DNA from: Auanema rhodensis
Taxonomy: Eukaryota; Animalia; Nematoda
Direction of reading: 5' to 3'
DNA length: 64,000 nucleotides
NCBI GenBank assembly: GCA_964057225.1
Contig: CAXKVF010000101.1
Coordinates: forward strand, 7,218 to 71,217
Part shown: piece by piece, positions 13,025 to 27,600 of the stretch
How positions within the stretch are numbered: position 1 is the first letter of the stretch
Layout: each line of letters opens with the position of its first letter
Program-made: the position numbers and the translations under genes
The notes under the pieces: generated by a model
Database searches by the model: none
Told to the model about the DNA's origin: nothing
What the model saw: the letters and a program-made list of their open reading frames with translations, nothing else

Positions 13025-16000
13025 TCCATATTAATCTAAAAACAAATTTTTATTGATATTGGTTCATGGTAACCATGACTTTGAAATTTACGTGAACTTT
13101 AATTTATGCTAATTAAATGTACACGTGATGTGCACTTGGTATGTAACTCGCTTCACGTGAAAGATAAAGAGATGCGGTTTTCAAAATTAGATTCCCCATG
13201 TCCATATTAGTCTAAAAACAAATTTTTATTGATATTGGTTCATGGTAACCATAACTTTGAAATTTACGTGAACTTTAATTTATGCTAATTAAATGTACAC
13301 GTGATGTGCACTTGGTATGTAACTCGCTTCACGTGAAAGATAAAGAGATGCGGTTTTCAAAATTAGATTCCCCATGTCCATATTAGTCTAAAAACAAATT
13401 TTTATTGATATTGGTTCATGGTAACCATGACTTTGAAATTTACGTGAACTTTAATTTATGCTAATTAAATGTACACGTGATGTGCACTTGGTATGTAACT
13501 CGCTTCACGTGAAAGATAAAGAGATGCGGTTTTCAAAATTAGATTCCCCATGTCCATATTAGTCTAAAAACTAATTTTTATCGATATTGGTTCATGGTAA
13601 CCATGACTTTGAAATTTACGTGAACTTTAATTTATGCTAATTAAATGTACACGTGATGTGCACTTGGTATGTAACTCGCTTCACGTGAAAGATAAAGAGA
13701 TGCGGTTTTCAAAATTAGATTCCCCATGTCCATATTAGTCTAAAAACAAATTTTTATTGATATTGGTTCATGGTAACCATGACTTTGAAATTTACGTGAA
13801 CTTTAATTTATGCTAATTAAATGTACACGTGATGTGCACTTGGTATGTAACTCGCTTCACGTGAAAGATAAAGAGATGCGGTTTACAAAATTAGATTCTC
13901 CATGTCCATATTAGTCTAAAAACAAATTTTTATTGATATTGGTTCATGGTAACCATGACTTTGAAATTTACGTGAACTTTAATTTATGCTAATTAAATGT
14001 ACACGTGATGTGCACTTGGTATGTAACTCGCTTCACGTGAAAGATAAAGAAATGCGGTTTTCAAAATTAGATTCCCCATGTCCATATTAGTCTAAAAACA
14101 AATTTTTATTGATATTGGTTCATGGTAACCATGACTTTGAATTTAACGTGAACTTTAATTTATGCTAATTAAATGTACACGTGATGTGCACTTGGTATGT
14201 AACTCGCTTCACGTGAAAGATAAAGAGATGCGGTTTTCAAAATTAGATTCCCCATGTCCATATTAGTCTAAAAACAAATTTTTATTGATATTGGTGCATG
14301 GTAACCATGACTTTGAAATTTACGTGAACTTTAATTTATGCTAATTAAATGTACACGTGATGTGCACTTGGTATGTAACTCGCTTCACGTGAAAGATGAA
14401 GAGATGCGGTTTTCAAAATTAGATTCCCCATGTCCATATTAGTCTAAAAACAAATTTTTATTGATATTGGTTCATGGTAACCATGACTTTGAAATTTACG
14501 TGAACTTTAATTTATGCTAATTAAATGTACACGTGATGTGCACTTGGTATGTAACTCGCTTCACGTGAAAGATAAAGAGATGCGGTTTTCAAAATTAGAT
14601 TCCCCATGTCCATATTAGTCTAAAAACAAATTTTTATTGATATTGGTTCATGGTAACCATGACTTTGAAATTTACGTGAACTTTAATTTATGCTAATTAA
14701 ATGTACACGTGATGTGCACTTGGTATGTAACTCGCTTCACGTGAAAGATAAAGAGATGCGGTTCTCAAAATTAGATTCACCATGTCCATATTAGTCTAAA
14801 AACAAATTTTTATTGATATTGGTTCATGGTAACCATGACTTTGAATTTAACGTGAACTTTAATTTATGCTAATTAAATGTACACGTGATGTGCACTTGGT
14901 ATGTAACTCGCTTCACGTGAAAGATAAAGAGATGCGGTTTTCAAAATTAGATTCCCCATGTCCATATTAGTCTAAAAACAAATTTTTATTGATATTGGTG
15001 CATGGTAACCATGACTTTGAAATTTACGTGAACTTTAATTTATGCTAATTAAATGTACACGTGATGTGCACTTGGTATGTAACTCGCTTCACGTGGAAGA
15101 TAAAGAGATGCGGTTTTCAAAATTAGATTCCCCATGTCCATATTAGTCTAAAAACAAATTTTTATTGATATTGGTTCATGGTAACCATGACTTTGAAATT
15201 TACGTGAACTTTAATTTATGCTAATTAAATGTACACGTGATGTGCACTTGGTATGTAACTCGCTTCACGTGAAAGATAAAGAGATGCGGTTTTCAAAATT
15301 AGATTCCCCATGTCCATATTAGTCTAAAAACAAATTTTTATTGATATTGGTTCATGGTAACCATGACTTTGAAATTTACGTGAACTTTAATTTATGCTAA
15401 TTAAATGTACACGTGATGTGCACTTGGTATGTAACTCGCTTCACGTGAAAGATAAAGAGATGCGGTTTTCAAAATTAGATTCCCCATGTCCATATTAGTC
15501 TAAAAACAAATTTTTATTGATACTAGTTTATGGTAACCAAGACTTTGAAATATACGTGAACTTTAATTTATGCTAATTAAATGTACACGTGATGTGCACT
15601 TGGTATGTAACTCGCTTCACGTGAAAGATAAAGAGATGCGGTTTTCAAAATTAGATTCCCCATGTCCATATTAGTCTAAAAACAAATTTTTATTGATATT
15701 GGTTCATGGTAACCATGACTTTGAAATTTACGTGAACTTTAATTAATGCTAATTAAATGTACACGTGATGTGCACTTGGTATGTAACTCGCTTCACGTGA
15801 AAGATAAAGAGATGCGGTTTTCAAAATTAGATTCCCCATGTCCATTTTAGTCTAAAAACAAATTTTTATTGATATTGGTTCATGGTAACCATGACTTTGA
15901 AATTTACGTGAACTTTAATTTATGCTAATTAAATGTACACGTGATGTGCACTTGGTATGTAACTCGCTTCACGTGAAAGATAAAGAGATGCGGTTTTCAA

Positions 16001-19000
16001 AATTAGATTCACCATGTCCATATTAGTCTAAAAACAAATTTTTATTGATATTGGTTCATGGTAACCATGACTTTGAAATTTACGTGAACTTTAATTTATG
16101 CTAATTAAATGTACACGTGATGTGCACTTGGTATGTAACTCGCTTCACGTGAAAGATAAAGAGATGCGGTTTTCAAAATTAGATTCCCCATGTCCATATT
16201 AGTCTAAAAACAAATTTTTATTGATATTGGTGCATGGTAACCATGACTTTGAAATTTACGTGAACTTTAATTTATGCTAATTAAATGTACACGTGATGTG
16301 CACTTGGTATGTAACTCGCTTCACGTGAAAGATAAAGAGATGCGGTTTTCAAAATTAGATTCCCCATGTCCATATTAGTCTAAAAACAAATTTTTATTAA
16401 TATTGGTTCATGGTAACCATGACTTTGAAATTTACGTGAACTTTAATTTATGCTAATTAAATGTACACGTGATGTGCACTTGGTATGTAACTCGCTTCAC
16501 GTGAAAGATAAAGAGATGCGGTTTTCAAAATTAGATTCCCCATGTCCATATTAGTCTAAAAACAAATTTTTATTGATATTGGTGCATGGTAACCATGACT
16601 TTGAAATTTACGTGAACTTTAATTTATGCTAATTAAATGTACACGTGATGTGCACTTGGTATGTAACTCGCTTCACGTGAAAGATAAAGAGATGCGGTTT
16701 TCAAAATTAGATTCCCCATGTCCATATTAGTCTAAAAACAAATTTTTATTGATATTGGTGCATGGTAACCATGACTTTGAAATTTACGTGAACTTTAATT
16801 TATGCTAATTAAATGTACACGTGATGTGCACTTGGTATGTAACTCGCTTCACGTGAAAGATGAAGAGATGCGGTTTTCAAAATTAGATTCCCCATGTCCA
16901 TATTAGTCTAAAAACAAATTTGTATTGATATTGGTGCATGGTAACCATGACTTTGAAATTTACGTGAACTTTAATTTATGCTAATTAAATGTACACGTGA
17001 TGTGCACTTGGTATGTAACTCGCTTCACGTGAAAGATAAAGAGATGCGGTTTTCAAAATTAGATTCCCCATGTCCATATTAGTCTAAAAACAAATTTTTA
17101 TTGATATTGGTGCATGGTAACCATGACTTTGAAATTTACGTGAACTTTAATTTATGCTAATTAAATGTACACGTGATGTGCACTTGGTATGTAACTCGCT
17201 TCACGTGAAAGATAAAGAGATGCGGTTTTCAAAATTAGATTCCCCATGTCCATATTAGTCTAAAAACAAATTTTTATTGATATTGGTTCATGGTAACCAT
17301 GACTTTGAAATTTACGTGAACTTTAATTTATGCTAATTAAATGTACACGTGATGTGCACTTGGTATGTAACTCGCTTCACGTGAAAGATAAAGAGATGCG
17401 GCTTTCAAAATTAGATTCACCATGTCCATATTAGTCTAAAAACAAATTTTTATTGATATTGGTTCATGGTAACCATGACTTTGAATTTAACGTGAACTTT
17501 AATTTATGCTAATTAAATGTACACGTGATGTGCACTTGGTATGTAACTCGCTTCACGTGAAAGATAAAGAGATGCGGTTTTCAAAATTAGATTCCCCATG
17601 TCCATATTAGTCTAAAAACAAATTTTTATTGATATTGGTGCATGGTAACCATGACTTTGAAATTTACGTGAACTTTAATTTATGCTAATTAAATGTACAC
17701 GTGATGTGCACTTGGTATGTAACTCGCTTCACGTGAAAGATAAAGAGATGCGGTTTTCAAAATTAGATTCCCCATGTCCATATTAGTCTAAAAACAAATT
17801 TTTATTGATATTGGTGCATGGTAACCATGACTTTGAAATTTACGTGAACTTTAATTTATGCTAATTAAATGTACACGTGATGTGCACTTGGTATGTAACT
17901 CGCTTCACGTGAAAGATAAAGAGATGCGGTTTTCAAAATTAGATTCCCCATGTCCATATTAGTCTAAAAACAAATTTTTATTGATATTGGTTCATGGTAA
18001 CCATGACTTTGAAATTTACGTGAACTTTAATTTATGCTAATTAAATGTACACGTGATGTGCACTTGGTATGTAACTCGCTTCACGTGAAAGATAAAGAGA
18101 TGCGGTTTTCAAAATTAGATTCCCCATGTCCATATTAGTCTAAAAACAAATTTTTATTGATATTGGTTCATGGTAACCATGACTTTGAAATTTACGTGAA
18201 CTTTAAATTATGCTAATTAAATGTACACGTGATGTGCACTTGGTATGTAACTCGCTTCACGTGAAAGATAAAGAGATGCGGTTTTTAAAATTAGATTCCC
18301 CATGTCCATATTAGTCTAAAAACAAATTTTTATTGATATTGGTTCATGGTAACCATGACTTTGAAATTTACGTGAACTTTAATTTATGCTAATTAAATGT
18401 ACACGTGATGTGCACTTGGTATGTAACTCGCTTCACGTGAAAGATAAAGAGATGCTGTTTTCAAAATTAGATTCCCCATGTCCATATTAGTCTAAAAACA
18501 AATTTTAATTGATATTGGTGCATGGTAACCATGACTTTGAAATTTACGTGAACTTTAATTTATGCTAATTAAATGTACACGTGATGTGCACTTGGTATGT
18601 AACTCGCTTCACGTGAAAGATGAAGAGATGCGGTTTTCAAAATTAGATTCCCCATGTCCATATTAGTCTAAAAACAAATTTTTATTGATATTGGTTCATG
18701 GTAACCATGACTTTGAAATTTACGTGAACTTTAATTTATGCTAATTAAATGTACACGTGATGTGCACTTGGTATGTAACTCGCTTCACGTGAAAGATAAA
18801 GAGATGCGGTTTTCAAAATTAGATTCCCCATGTCCATATTAGTCTAAAAACAAATTTTTATTGATATTGGTTCATGGTAACCATGACTTTGAAATTTACG
18901 TGAACTTTAATTTATGCTAATTAAATGTACACGTGATGTGCACTTGGTATGTAACTCGCTTCACGTGAAAGATAAAGAGATGCGGTTTTCAAAATTAGAT

Positions 19001-22000
19001 TCACCATGTCCATATTAGTCTAAAAACAAATTTTTATTGATATTGGTTCATGGTAACCATGACTTTGAATTTAACGTGAACTTTAATTTATGCTAGTTAA
19101 ATGTACACGTGATGTGCACTTGGTATGTAACTCGCTTCACGTGAAAGATAAAGAGATGCGGTTTTCAAAATTAGATTCCCCATGTCCATATTAGTCTAAA
19201 AACAAATTTTTATTGATATTGGTGCATGGTAACCATGACTTTGAAATTTACGTGAACTTTAATTTATGCTAATTAAATGTACACGTGATGTGCACTTGGT
19301 ATGTAACTCGCTTCACGTGAAAGATAAAGAGATGCGGTTTTCAAAATTAGATTCCCCATGTCCATATTAGTCTAAAAACAAATTTTTATTGATATTGGTG
19401 CATGGTAACCATGACTTTGAAATTTACGTGAACTTTAATTTATGCTAATTAAATGTACACGTGATGTGCACTTGGTATGTAACTCGCTTCACGTGAAAGA
19501 TAAAGAGATGCGGTTTTCAAAATTAGATTCCCCATGTCCATATTAGTCTAAAAACAAATTTTTATTGATATTGGTTCATGGTAACCATGACTTTGAAATT
19601 TACGTGAACTTTAATTTATGCTAATTAAATGTACACGTGATGTGCACTTGGTATGTAACTCGCTTCACGTGAAAGATAAAGAGATGCGGTTTTCAAAAGT
19701 AGATTCCCCATGTCCATATTAGTCTAAAAACAAATTTTTATTGATATTGGTTCATGGTAACCATGACTTTGAAATTTACGTGAACTTTAATTTATGCTAA
19801 TTAAATGTACACGTGATGTGCACTTGGTATGTAACTCGCTTCACGTGAAAGATAAAGAGATGCGGTTTTCAAAATTAGATTCACCATGTCCATATTAGTC
19901 TAAAAACAAATTTTTATTGATATTGGTTCATGGTAACCATGACTTTGAATTTAACGTGAACTTTAATTTATGCTAATTAAATGTACACGTGATGTGCACT
20001 TGGTATGTAACTCGCTTCACGTGAAAGATAAAGAGATGCGGTTTTCAAAATTAGATTCCCCATGTCCATATTAGTCTAAAAACAAATTTTTATTGATATT
20101 GGTGCATGGTAACCATGACTTTGAAATTTACGTGAACTTTAATTTATGCTAATTAAATGTACACGTGATGTGCACTTGGTATGTAACTCGCTTCACGTGA
20201 AAGATAAAGAGATGCGGTTTTTAAAATTAGATTCCCCATGTCCATATTAGTCTAAAAACAAATTTTTATTGATATTGGTTCATGGTAACCATGACTTTGA
20301 ATTTTACGTGAACTTTAATTTATGCTAATTAAATGTACACGTGATGTGCACTTGGTATGTAACTCGCTTCACGTGAAAGATAAAGAGATGCGGTTTTCAA
20401 AATTAGATTCCCCATGTCCATATTAGTCTAAAAACAAATTTTTATTGATATTGGTGCATGGTAACCATGACTTTGAAATTTACGTGAACTTTAATTTATG
20501 CTAATTAAATGTACACGTGATGTGCACTTGGTATGTAACTCGCTTCACGTGAAAGATAAAGAGATGCGGTTTTTAAAATTAGATTCCCCATGTCCATATT
20601 AGTCTAAAAACAAATTTTTATTGATATTGGTTCATGGTAACCATGACTTTGAATTTTACGTGAACTTTAATTTATGCTAATTAAATGTACACGTGATGTG
20701 CACTTGGTATGTAACTCGCTTCACGTGAAAGATAAAGAGATGCGGTTTTCAAAATTAGATTCCCCATGTCCATATTAGTCTAAAAACAAATTTTTATTGA
20801 TATTGGTGCATGGTAACCATGACTTTGAAATTTACGTGAACTTTAATTTATGCTAATTAAATGTACACGTGATGTGCACTTGGTATGTAACTCGCTTCAC
20901 GTGAAAGATAAAGAGATGCGGTTTTCAAAATTAGATTCCCCATGTCCATATTAGTCTAAAAACAAATTTTTATTGATATTGGTGCATGGTAACCATGACT
21001 TTGAAATTTACGTGAACTTTAATTTATGCTAATTAAATGTACACGTGATGTGCACTTGGTATGTAACTCGCTTCACGTGAAAGATAAAGAGATGCGGTTT
21101 TCAAAATTAGATTCCCCATGTCCATATTAGTCTAAAAACAAATTTTTATTGATATTGGTTCATGGTAACCATGACTTTGAAATTTACGTGAACTTTAATT
21201 TATGCTAATTAAATGTACACGTGATGTGCACTTGGTATGTAACTCGCTTCACGTGAAAGATAAAGAGATGCGGTTTTCAAAAGTAGATTCCCCATGTCCA
21301 TATTAGTCTAAAAACAAATTTTTATTGATATTGGTTCATGGTAACCATGACTTTGAAATTTACGTGAACTTTAATTTATGCTAATTAAATGTACACGTGA
21401 TGTGCACTTGGTATGTAACTCGCTTCACGTGAAAGATAAAGAGATGCGGTTTTCAAAATTAGATTCCCCATGTCCATATTAGTCTAAAAACAAATTTTTA
21501 TTGATATTGGTGCATGGTAACCATGACTTTGAAATTTACGTGAACTTTAATTTATGCTAATTAAATGTACACGTGATGTGCACTTGGTATGTAACTCGCT
21601 TCACGTGAAAGATAAAGAGATGCGGTTTTCAAAATTAGATTCCCCATGTCCATATTAGTCTAAAAACAAATTTTTATTGATATTGGTGCATGGTAACCAT
21701 GACTTTGAAATTTACGTGAACTTTAATTTATGCTAATTAAATGTACACGTGATGTGCACTTGGTATGTAACTCGCTTCACGTGAAAGATAAAGAGATGCG
21801 GTTTTCAAAATTAGATTCCCCATGTCCATATTAGTCTAAAAACAAATTTTTATTGATATTGGTTCATGGTAACCATGACTTTGAAATTTACGTGAACTTT
21901 AATTTATGCTAATTAAATGTACACGTGATGTGCACTTGGTATGTAACTCGCTTCACGTGAAAGATAAAGAGATGCGGTTTTCAAAAGTAGATTCCCCATG

Positions 22001-24640
22001 TCCATATTAGTCTAAAAACAAATTTTTATTGATATTGGTTCATGGTAACCATGACTTTGAAATTTACGTGAACTTTAATTTATGCTAATTAAATGTACAC
22101 GTGATGTGCACTTGGTATGTAACTCGCTTCACGTGAAAGATAAAGAGATGCGGTTTTCAAAATTAGATTCACCATGTCCATATTAGTCTAAAAACAAATT
22201 TTTATTGATATTGGTTCATGGTAACCATGACTTTGAATTTAACGTGAACTTTAATTTATGCTAATTAAATGTACACGTGATGTGCACTTGGTATGTAACT
22301 CGCTTCACGTGAAAGATAAAGAGATGCGGTTTTCAAAATTAGATTCCCCATGTCCATATTAGTCTAAAAACAAATTTTTATTGATATTGGTGCATGGTAA
22401 CCATGACTTTGAAATTTACGTGAACTTTAATTTATGCTAATTAAATGTACACGTGATGTGCACTTGGTATGTAACTCGCTTCACGTGAAAGATAAAGAGA
22501 TGCGGTTTTTAAAATTAGATTCCCCATGTCCATATTAGTCTAAAAACAAATTTTTATTGATATTGGTTCATGGTAACCATGACTTTGAATTTTACGTGAA
22601 CTTTAATTTATGCTAATTAAATGTACACGTGATGTGCACTTGGTATGTAACTCGCTTCACGTGAAAGATAAAGAGATGCGGTTTTCAAAATTAGATTCCC
22701 CATGTCCATATTAGTCTAAAAACAAATTTTTATTGATATTGGTGCATGGTAACCATGACTTTGAAATTTACGTGAACTTTAATTTATGCTAATTAAATGT
22801 ACACGTGATGTGCACTTGGTATGTAACTCGCTTCACGTGAAAGATAAAGAGATGCGGTTTTTAAAATTAGATTCCCCATGTCCATATTAGTCTAAAAACA
22901 AATTTTTATTGATATTGGTTCATGGTAACCATGACTTTGAATTTTACGTGAACTTTAATTTATGCTAATTAAATGTACACGTGATGTGCACTTGGTATGT
23001 AACTCGCTTCACGTGAAAGATAAAGAGATGCGGTTTTCAAAATTAGATTCCCCATGTCCATATTAGTCTAAAAACAAATTTTTATTGATATTGGTGCATG
23101 GTAACCATGACTTTGAAATTTACGTGAACTTTAATTTATGCTAATTAAATGTACACGTGATGTGCACTTGGTATGTAACTCGCTTCACGTGAAAGATAAA
23201 GAGATGCGGTTTTCAAAATTAGATTCCCCATGTCCATATTAGTCTAAAAACAAATTTTTATTGATATTGGTGCATGGTAACCATGACTTTGAAATTTACG
23301 TGAACTTTAATTTATGCTAATTAAATGTACACGTGATGTGCACTTGGTATGTAACTCGCTTCACGTGAAAGATAAAGAGATGCGGTTTTCAAAATTAGAT
23401 TCCCCATGTCCATATTAGTCTAAAAACAAATTTTTATTGATATTGGTTCATGGTAACCATGACTTTGAAATTTACGTGAACTTTAATTTATGCTAATTAA
23501 ATGTACACGTGATGTGCACTTGGTATGTAACTCGCTTCACGTGAAAGATAAAGAGATGCGGTTTTCAAAAGTAGATTCCCCATGTCCATATTAGTCTAAA
23601 AACAAATTTTTATTGATATTGGTTCATGGTAACCATGACTTTGAAATTTACGTGAACTTTAATTTATGCTAATTAAATGTACACGTGATGTGCACTTGGT
23701 ATGTAACTCGCTTCACGTGAAAGATAAAGAGATGCGGTTTTCAAAATTAGATTCACCATGTCCATATTAGTCTAAAAACAAATTTTTATTGATATTGGTT
23801 CATGGTAACCATGACTTTGAATTTAACGTGAACTTTAATTTATGCTAATTAAATGTACACGTGATGTGCACTTGGTATGTAACTCGCTTCACGTGAAAGA
23901 TAAAGAGATGCGGTTTTCAAAATTAGATTCCCCATGTCCATATTAGTCTAAAAACAAATTTTTATTGATATTGGTGCATGGTAACCATGACTTTGAAATT
24001 TACGTGAACTTTAATTTATGCTAATTAAATGTACACGTGATGTGCACTTGGTATGTAACTCGCTTCACGTGAAAGATAAAGAGATGCGGTTTTTAAAATT
24101 AGATTCCCCATGTCCATATTAGTCTAAAAACAAATTTTTATTGATATTGGTTCATGGTAACCATGACTTTGAATTTTACGTGAACTTTAATTTATGCTAA
24201 TTAAATGTACACGTGATGTGCACTTGGTATGTAACTCGCTTCACGTGAAAGATAAAGAGATGCGGTTTTCAAAATTAGATTCCCCATGTCCATATTAGTC
24301 TAAAAACAAATTTTTATTGATATTGGTGCATGGTAACCATGACTTTGAAATTTACGTGAACTTTAATTTATGCTAATTAAATGTACACGTGATGTGCACT
24401 TGGTATGTAACTCGCTTCACGTGAAAGATAAAGAGATGCGGTTTTCAAAATTAGATTCCCCATGTCCATATTAGTCTAAAAACAAATTTTTATTGATATT
24501 GGTGCATGGTAACCATGACTTTGAAATTTACGTGAACTTTAATTTATGCTAATTAAATGTACACGTGATGTGCACTTGGTATGTAACTCGCTTCACGTGA
24601 AAGATAAAGAGATGCGGTTTTCAAAATTAGATTCCCCATG
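13025..24640. repeat. Sub-family domain B (first block), marked by C171A, A62T+T65A, C158T, A142G, T163G
   Basis: TTCACCATG, GAATTTAACG, GGTTTTTAAAA, GATGAAG and AAAAGTAG variants are present; G38C and A174C not seen. Confidence 0.85.
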
Positions 24641-27600
24641 TCCATATTAGTCTAAAAACAAATTTTTATTGATATTGGTTCATGGTAACCATGACTTTGA
24701 ATTTTACGTGAACTTTAATTTATGCTAATTAAATGTACACGTGATGTGCACTTGGTATGTAACTCGCTTCACGTGAAAGATAAAGAGATGCGGTTTTCAA
24801 AATTAGATTCCCCATGTCCATATTAGTCTAAAAACAAATTTTTATTGATATTGGTGCATGGTAACCATGACTTTGAATTTTACGTGAACTTTAATTTATG
24901 CTAATTAAATGTACACGTGATGTGCACTTGGTATGTAACTCGCTTCACGTGAAAGATAAAGAGATGCGGTTTTCAAAATTAGATTCCCCATGTCCATATT
25001 AGTCTAAAAACAAATTTTTATTGATATTGCTTCATGGTAACCATGACTTTGAAATTTACGTGAACTTTAATTTATGCTAATTAAATGTACACGTGATGTG
25101 CACTTGGTATGTAACTCGCTTCACGTGAAAGATAAAGAGATGCGGTTTTCAAAATTAGATTCCCCATGTCCATATTAGTCTAAAAACAAATTTTTATTAA
25201 TATTGGTGCATGGTAACCATGACTTTGAATTTTACGTGAACTTTAATTTATGCTAATTAAATGTACACGTGATGTGCACTTGGTATGTAACTCGCTTCAC
25301 GTGAAAGATAAAGAGATGCGGTTTTCAAAATTAGATTCCCCATGTCCATATTAGTCTAAAAACAAATTTTTATTGATATTGGTTCATGGTAACCATGACT
25401 TTGAAATTTACGTGAACTTTAATTTATGCTAATTAAATGTACACGTGATGTGCACTTGGTATGTAACTCGCTTCACGTGAAAGATAAAGAGATGCGGTTT
25501 TCAAAATTAGATTCCCCCTGTCCATATTAGTCTAAAAACAAATTTTTATTGATATTGCTTCATGGTAACCATGACTTTGAAATTTACGTGAACTTTAATT
25601 TATGCTAATTAAATGTACACGTGATGTGCACTTGGTATGTAACTCGCTTCACGTGAAAGATAAAGAGATGCGGTTTTCAAAATTAGATTCCCCATGTCCA
25701 TATTAGTCTAAAAACAAATTTTTATTGATATTGCTTCATGGTAACCATGACTTTGAAATTTACGTGAACTTTAATTTATGCTAATTAAATGTACACGTGA
25801 TGTGCACTTGGTATGTAACTCGCTTCACGTGAAAGATAAAGAGATGCGGTTTTCAAAATTAGATTCCCCATGTCCATATTAGTCTAAAAACAAATTTTTA
25901 TTGATATTGGTTCATGGTAACCATGACTTTGAACTTTACGTGAACTTTAATTTATGCTAATTAAATGTACACGTGATGTGCACTTGGTATGTAACTCGCT
26001 TCACGTGAAAGATAAAGAGATGCGGTTTTCAAAATTAGATTCCCCATGTCCATATTAGTCTAAAAACAAATTTTTATTAATATTGGTGCATGGTAACCAT
26101 GACTTTGAATTTTACGTGAACTTTAATTTATGCTAATTAAATGTACACGTGATGTGCACTTGGTATGTAACTCGCTTCACGTGAAAGATAAAGAGATGCG
26201 GTTTTCAAAATTAGATTCCCCATGTCCATATTAGTCTAAAAACAAATTTTTATTGATATTGGTTCATGGTAACCATGCCTTTGAAATTTACGTGAACTTT
26301 AATTTATGCTAATTAAATGTACACGTGATGTGCACTTGGTATGTAACTCGCTTCACGTGAAAGATAAAGAGATGCGGTTTTCAAAATTAGATTCCCCCTG
26401 TCCATATTAGTCTAAAAACAAATTTTTATTGATATTGCTTCATGGTAACCATGACTTTGAAATTTACGTGAACTTTAATTTATGCTAATTAAATGTACAC
26501 GTGATGTGCACTTGGTATGTAACTCGCTTCACGTGAAAGATAAAGAGATGCGGTTTTCAAAATTAGATTCCCCATGTCCATATTAGTCTAAAAACAAATT
26601 TTTATTGATATTAGTTCATGGTAACCATGACTTTGAAATTTACGTGAACTTTAATTTATGCTAATTAAATGTACACGTGATGTGCACTTGGTATGTAACT
26701 CGCTTCACGTGAAAGATAAAGAGATGCGGTTTTCAAAATTAGATTCCCCATGTCCATATTAGTCTAAAAACAAATTTTTATTGATATTAGTTCATGGTAA
26801 CCATGACTTTGAAATTTACGTGAACTTTAATTTATGCTAATTAAATGTACACGTGATGTGCACTTGGTATGTAACTCGCTTCACGTGAAAGATAAAGAGA
26901 TGCGGTTTTCAAAATTAGATTCCCCATGTCCATATTAGTCTAAAAACAAATTTTTATTGATATTGGTGCATGGTAACCATGACTTTGAATTTTACGTGAA
27001 CTTTAATTTATGCTAATTAAATGTACACGTGATGTGCACTTGGTATGTAACTCGCTTCACGTGAAAGATAAAGAGATGCGGTTTTCAAAATTAGATTCCC
27101 CATGTCCATATTAGTCTAAAAACAAATTTTTATTGATATTGCTTCATGGTAACCATGACTTTGAAATTTACGTGAACTTTAATTTATGCTAATTAAATGT
27201 ACACGTGATGTGCACTTGGTATGTAACTCGCTTCACGTGAAAGATAAAGAGATGCGGTTTTCAAAATTAGATTCCCCATGTCCATATTAGTCTAAAAACA
27301 AATTTTTATTAATATTGGTGCATGGTAACCATGACTTTGAATTTTACGTGAACTTTAATTTATGCTAATTAAATGTACACGTGATGTGCACTTGGTATGT
27401 AACTCGCTTCACGTGAAAGATAAAGAGATGCGGTTTTCAAAATTAGATTCCCCATGTCCATATTAGTCTAAAAACAAATTTTTATTGATATTGGTTCATG
27501 GTAACCATGACTTTGAAATTTACGTGAACTTTAATTTATGCTAATTAAATGTACACGTGATGTGCACTTGGTATGTAACTCGCTTCACGTGAAAGATAAA

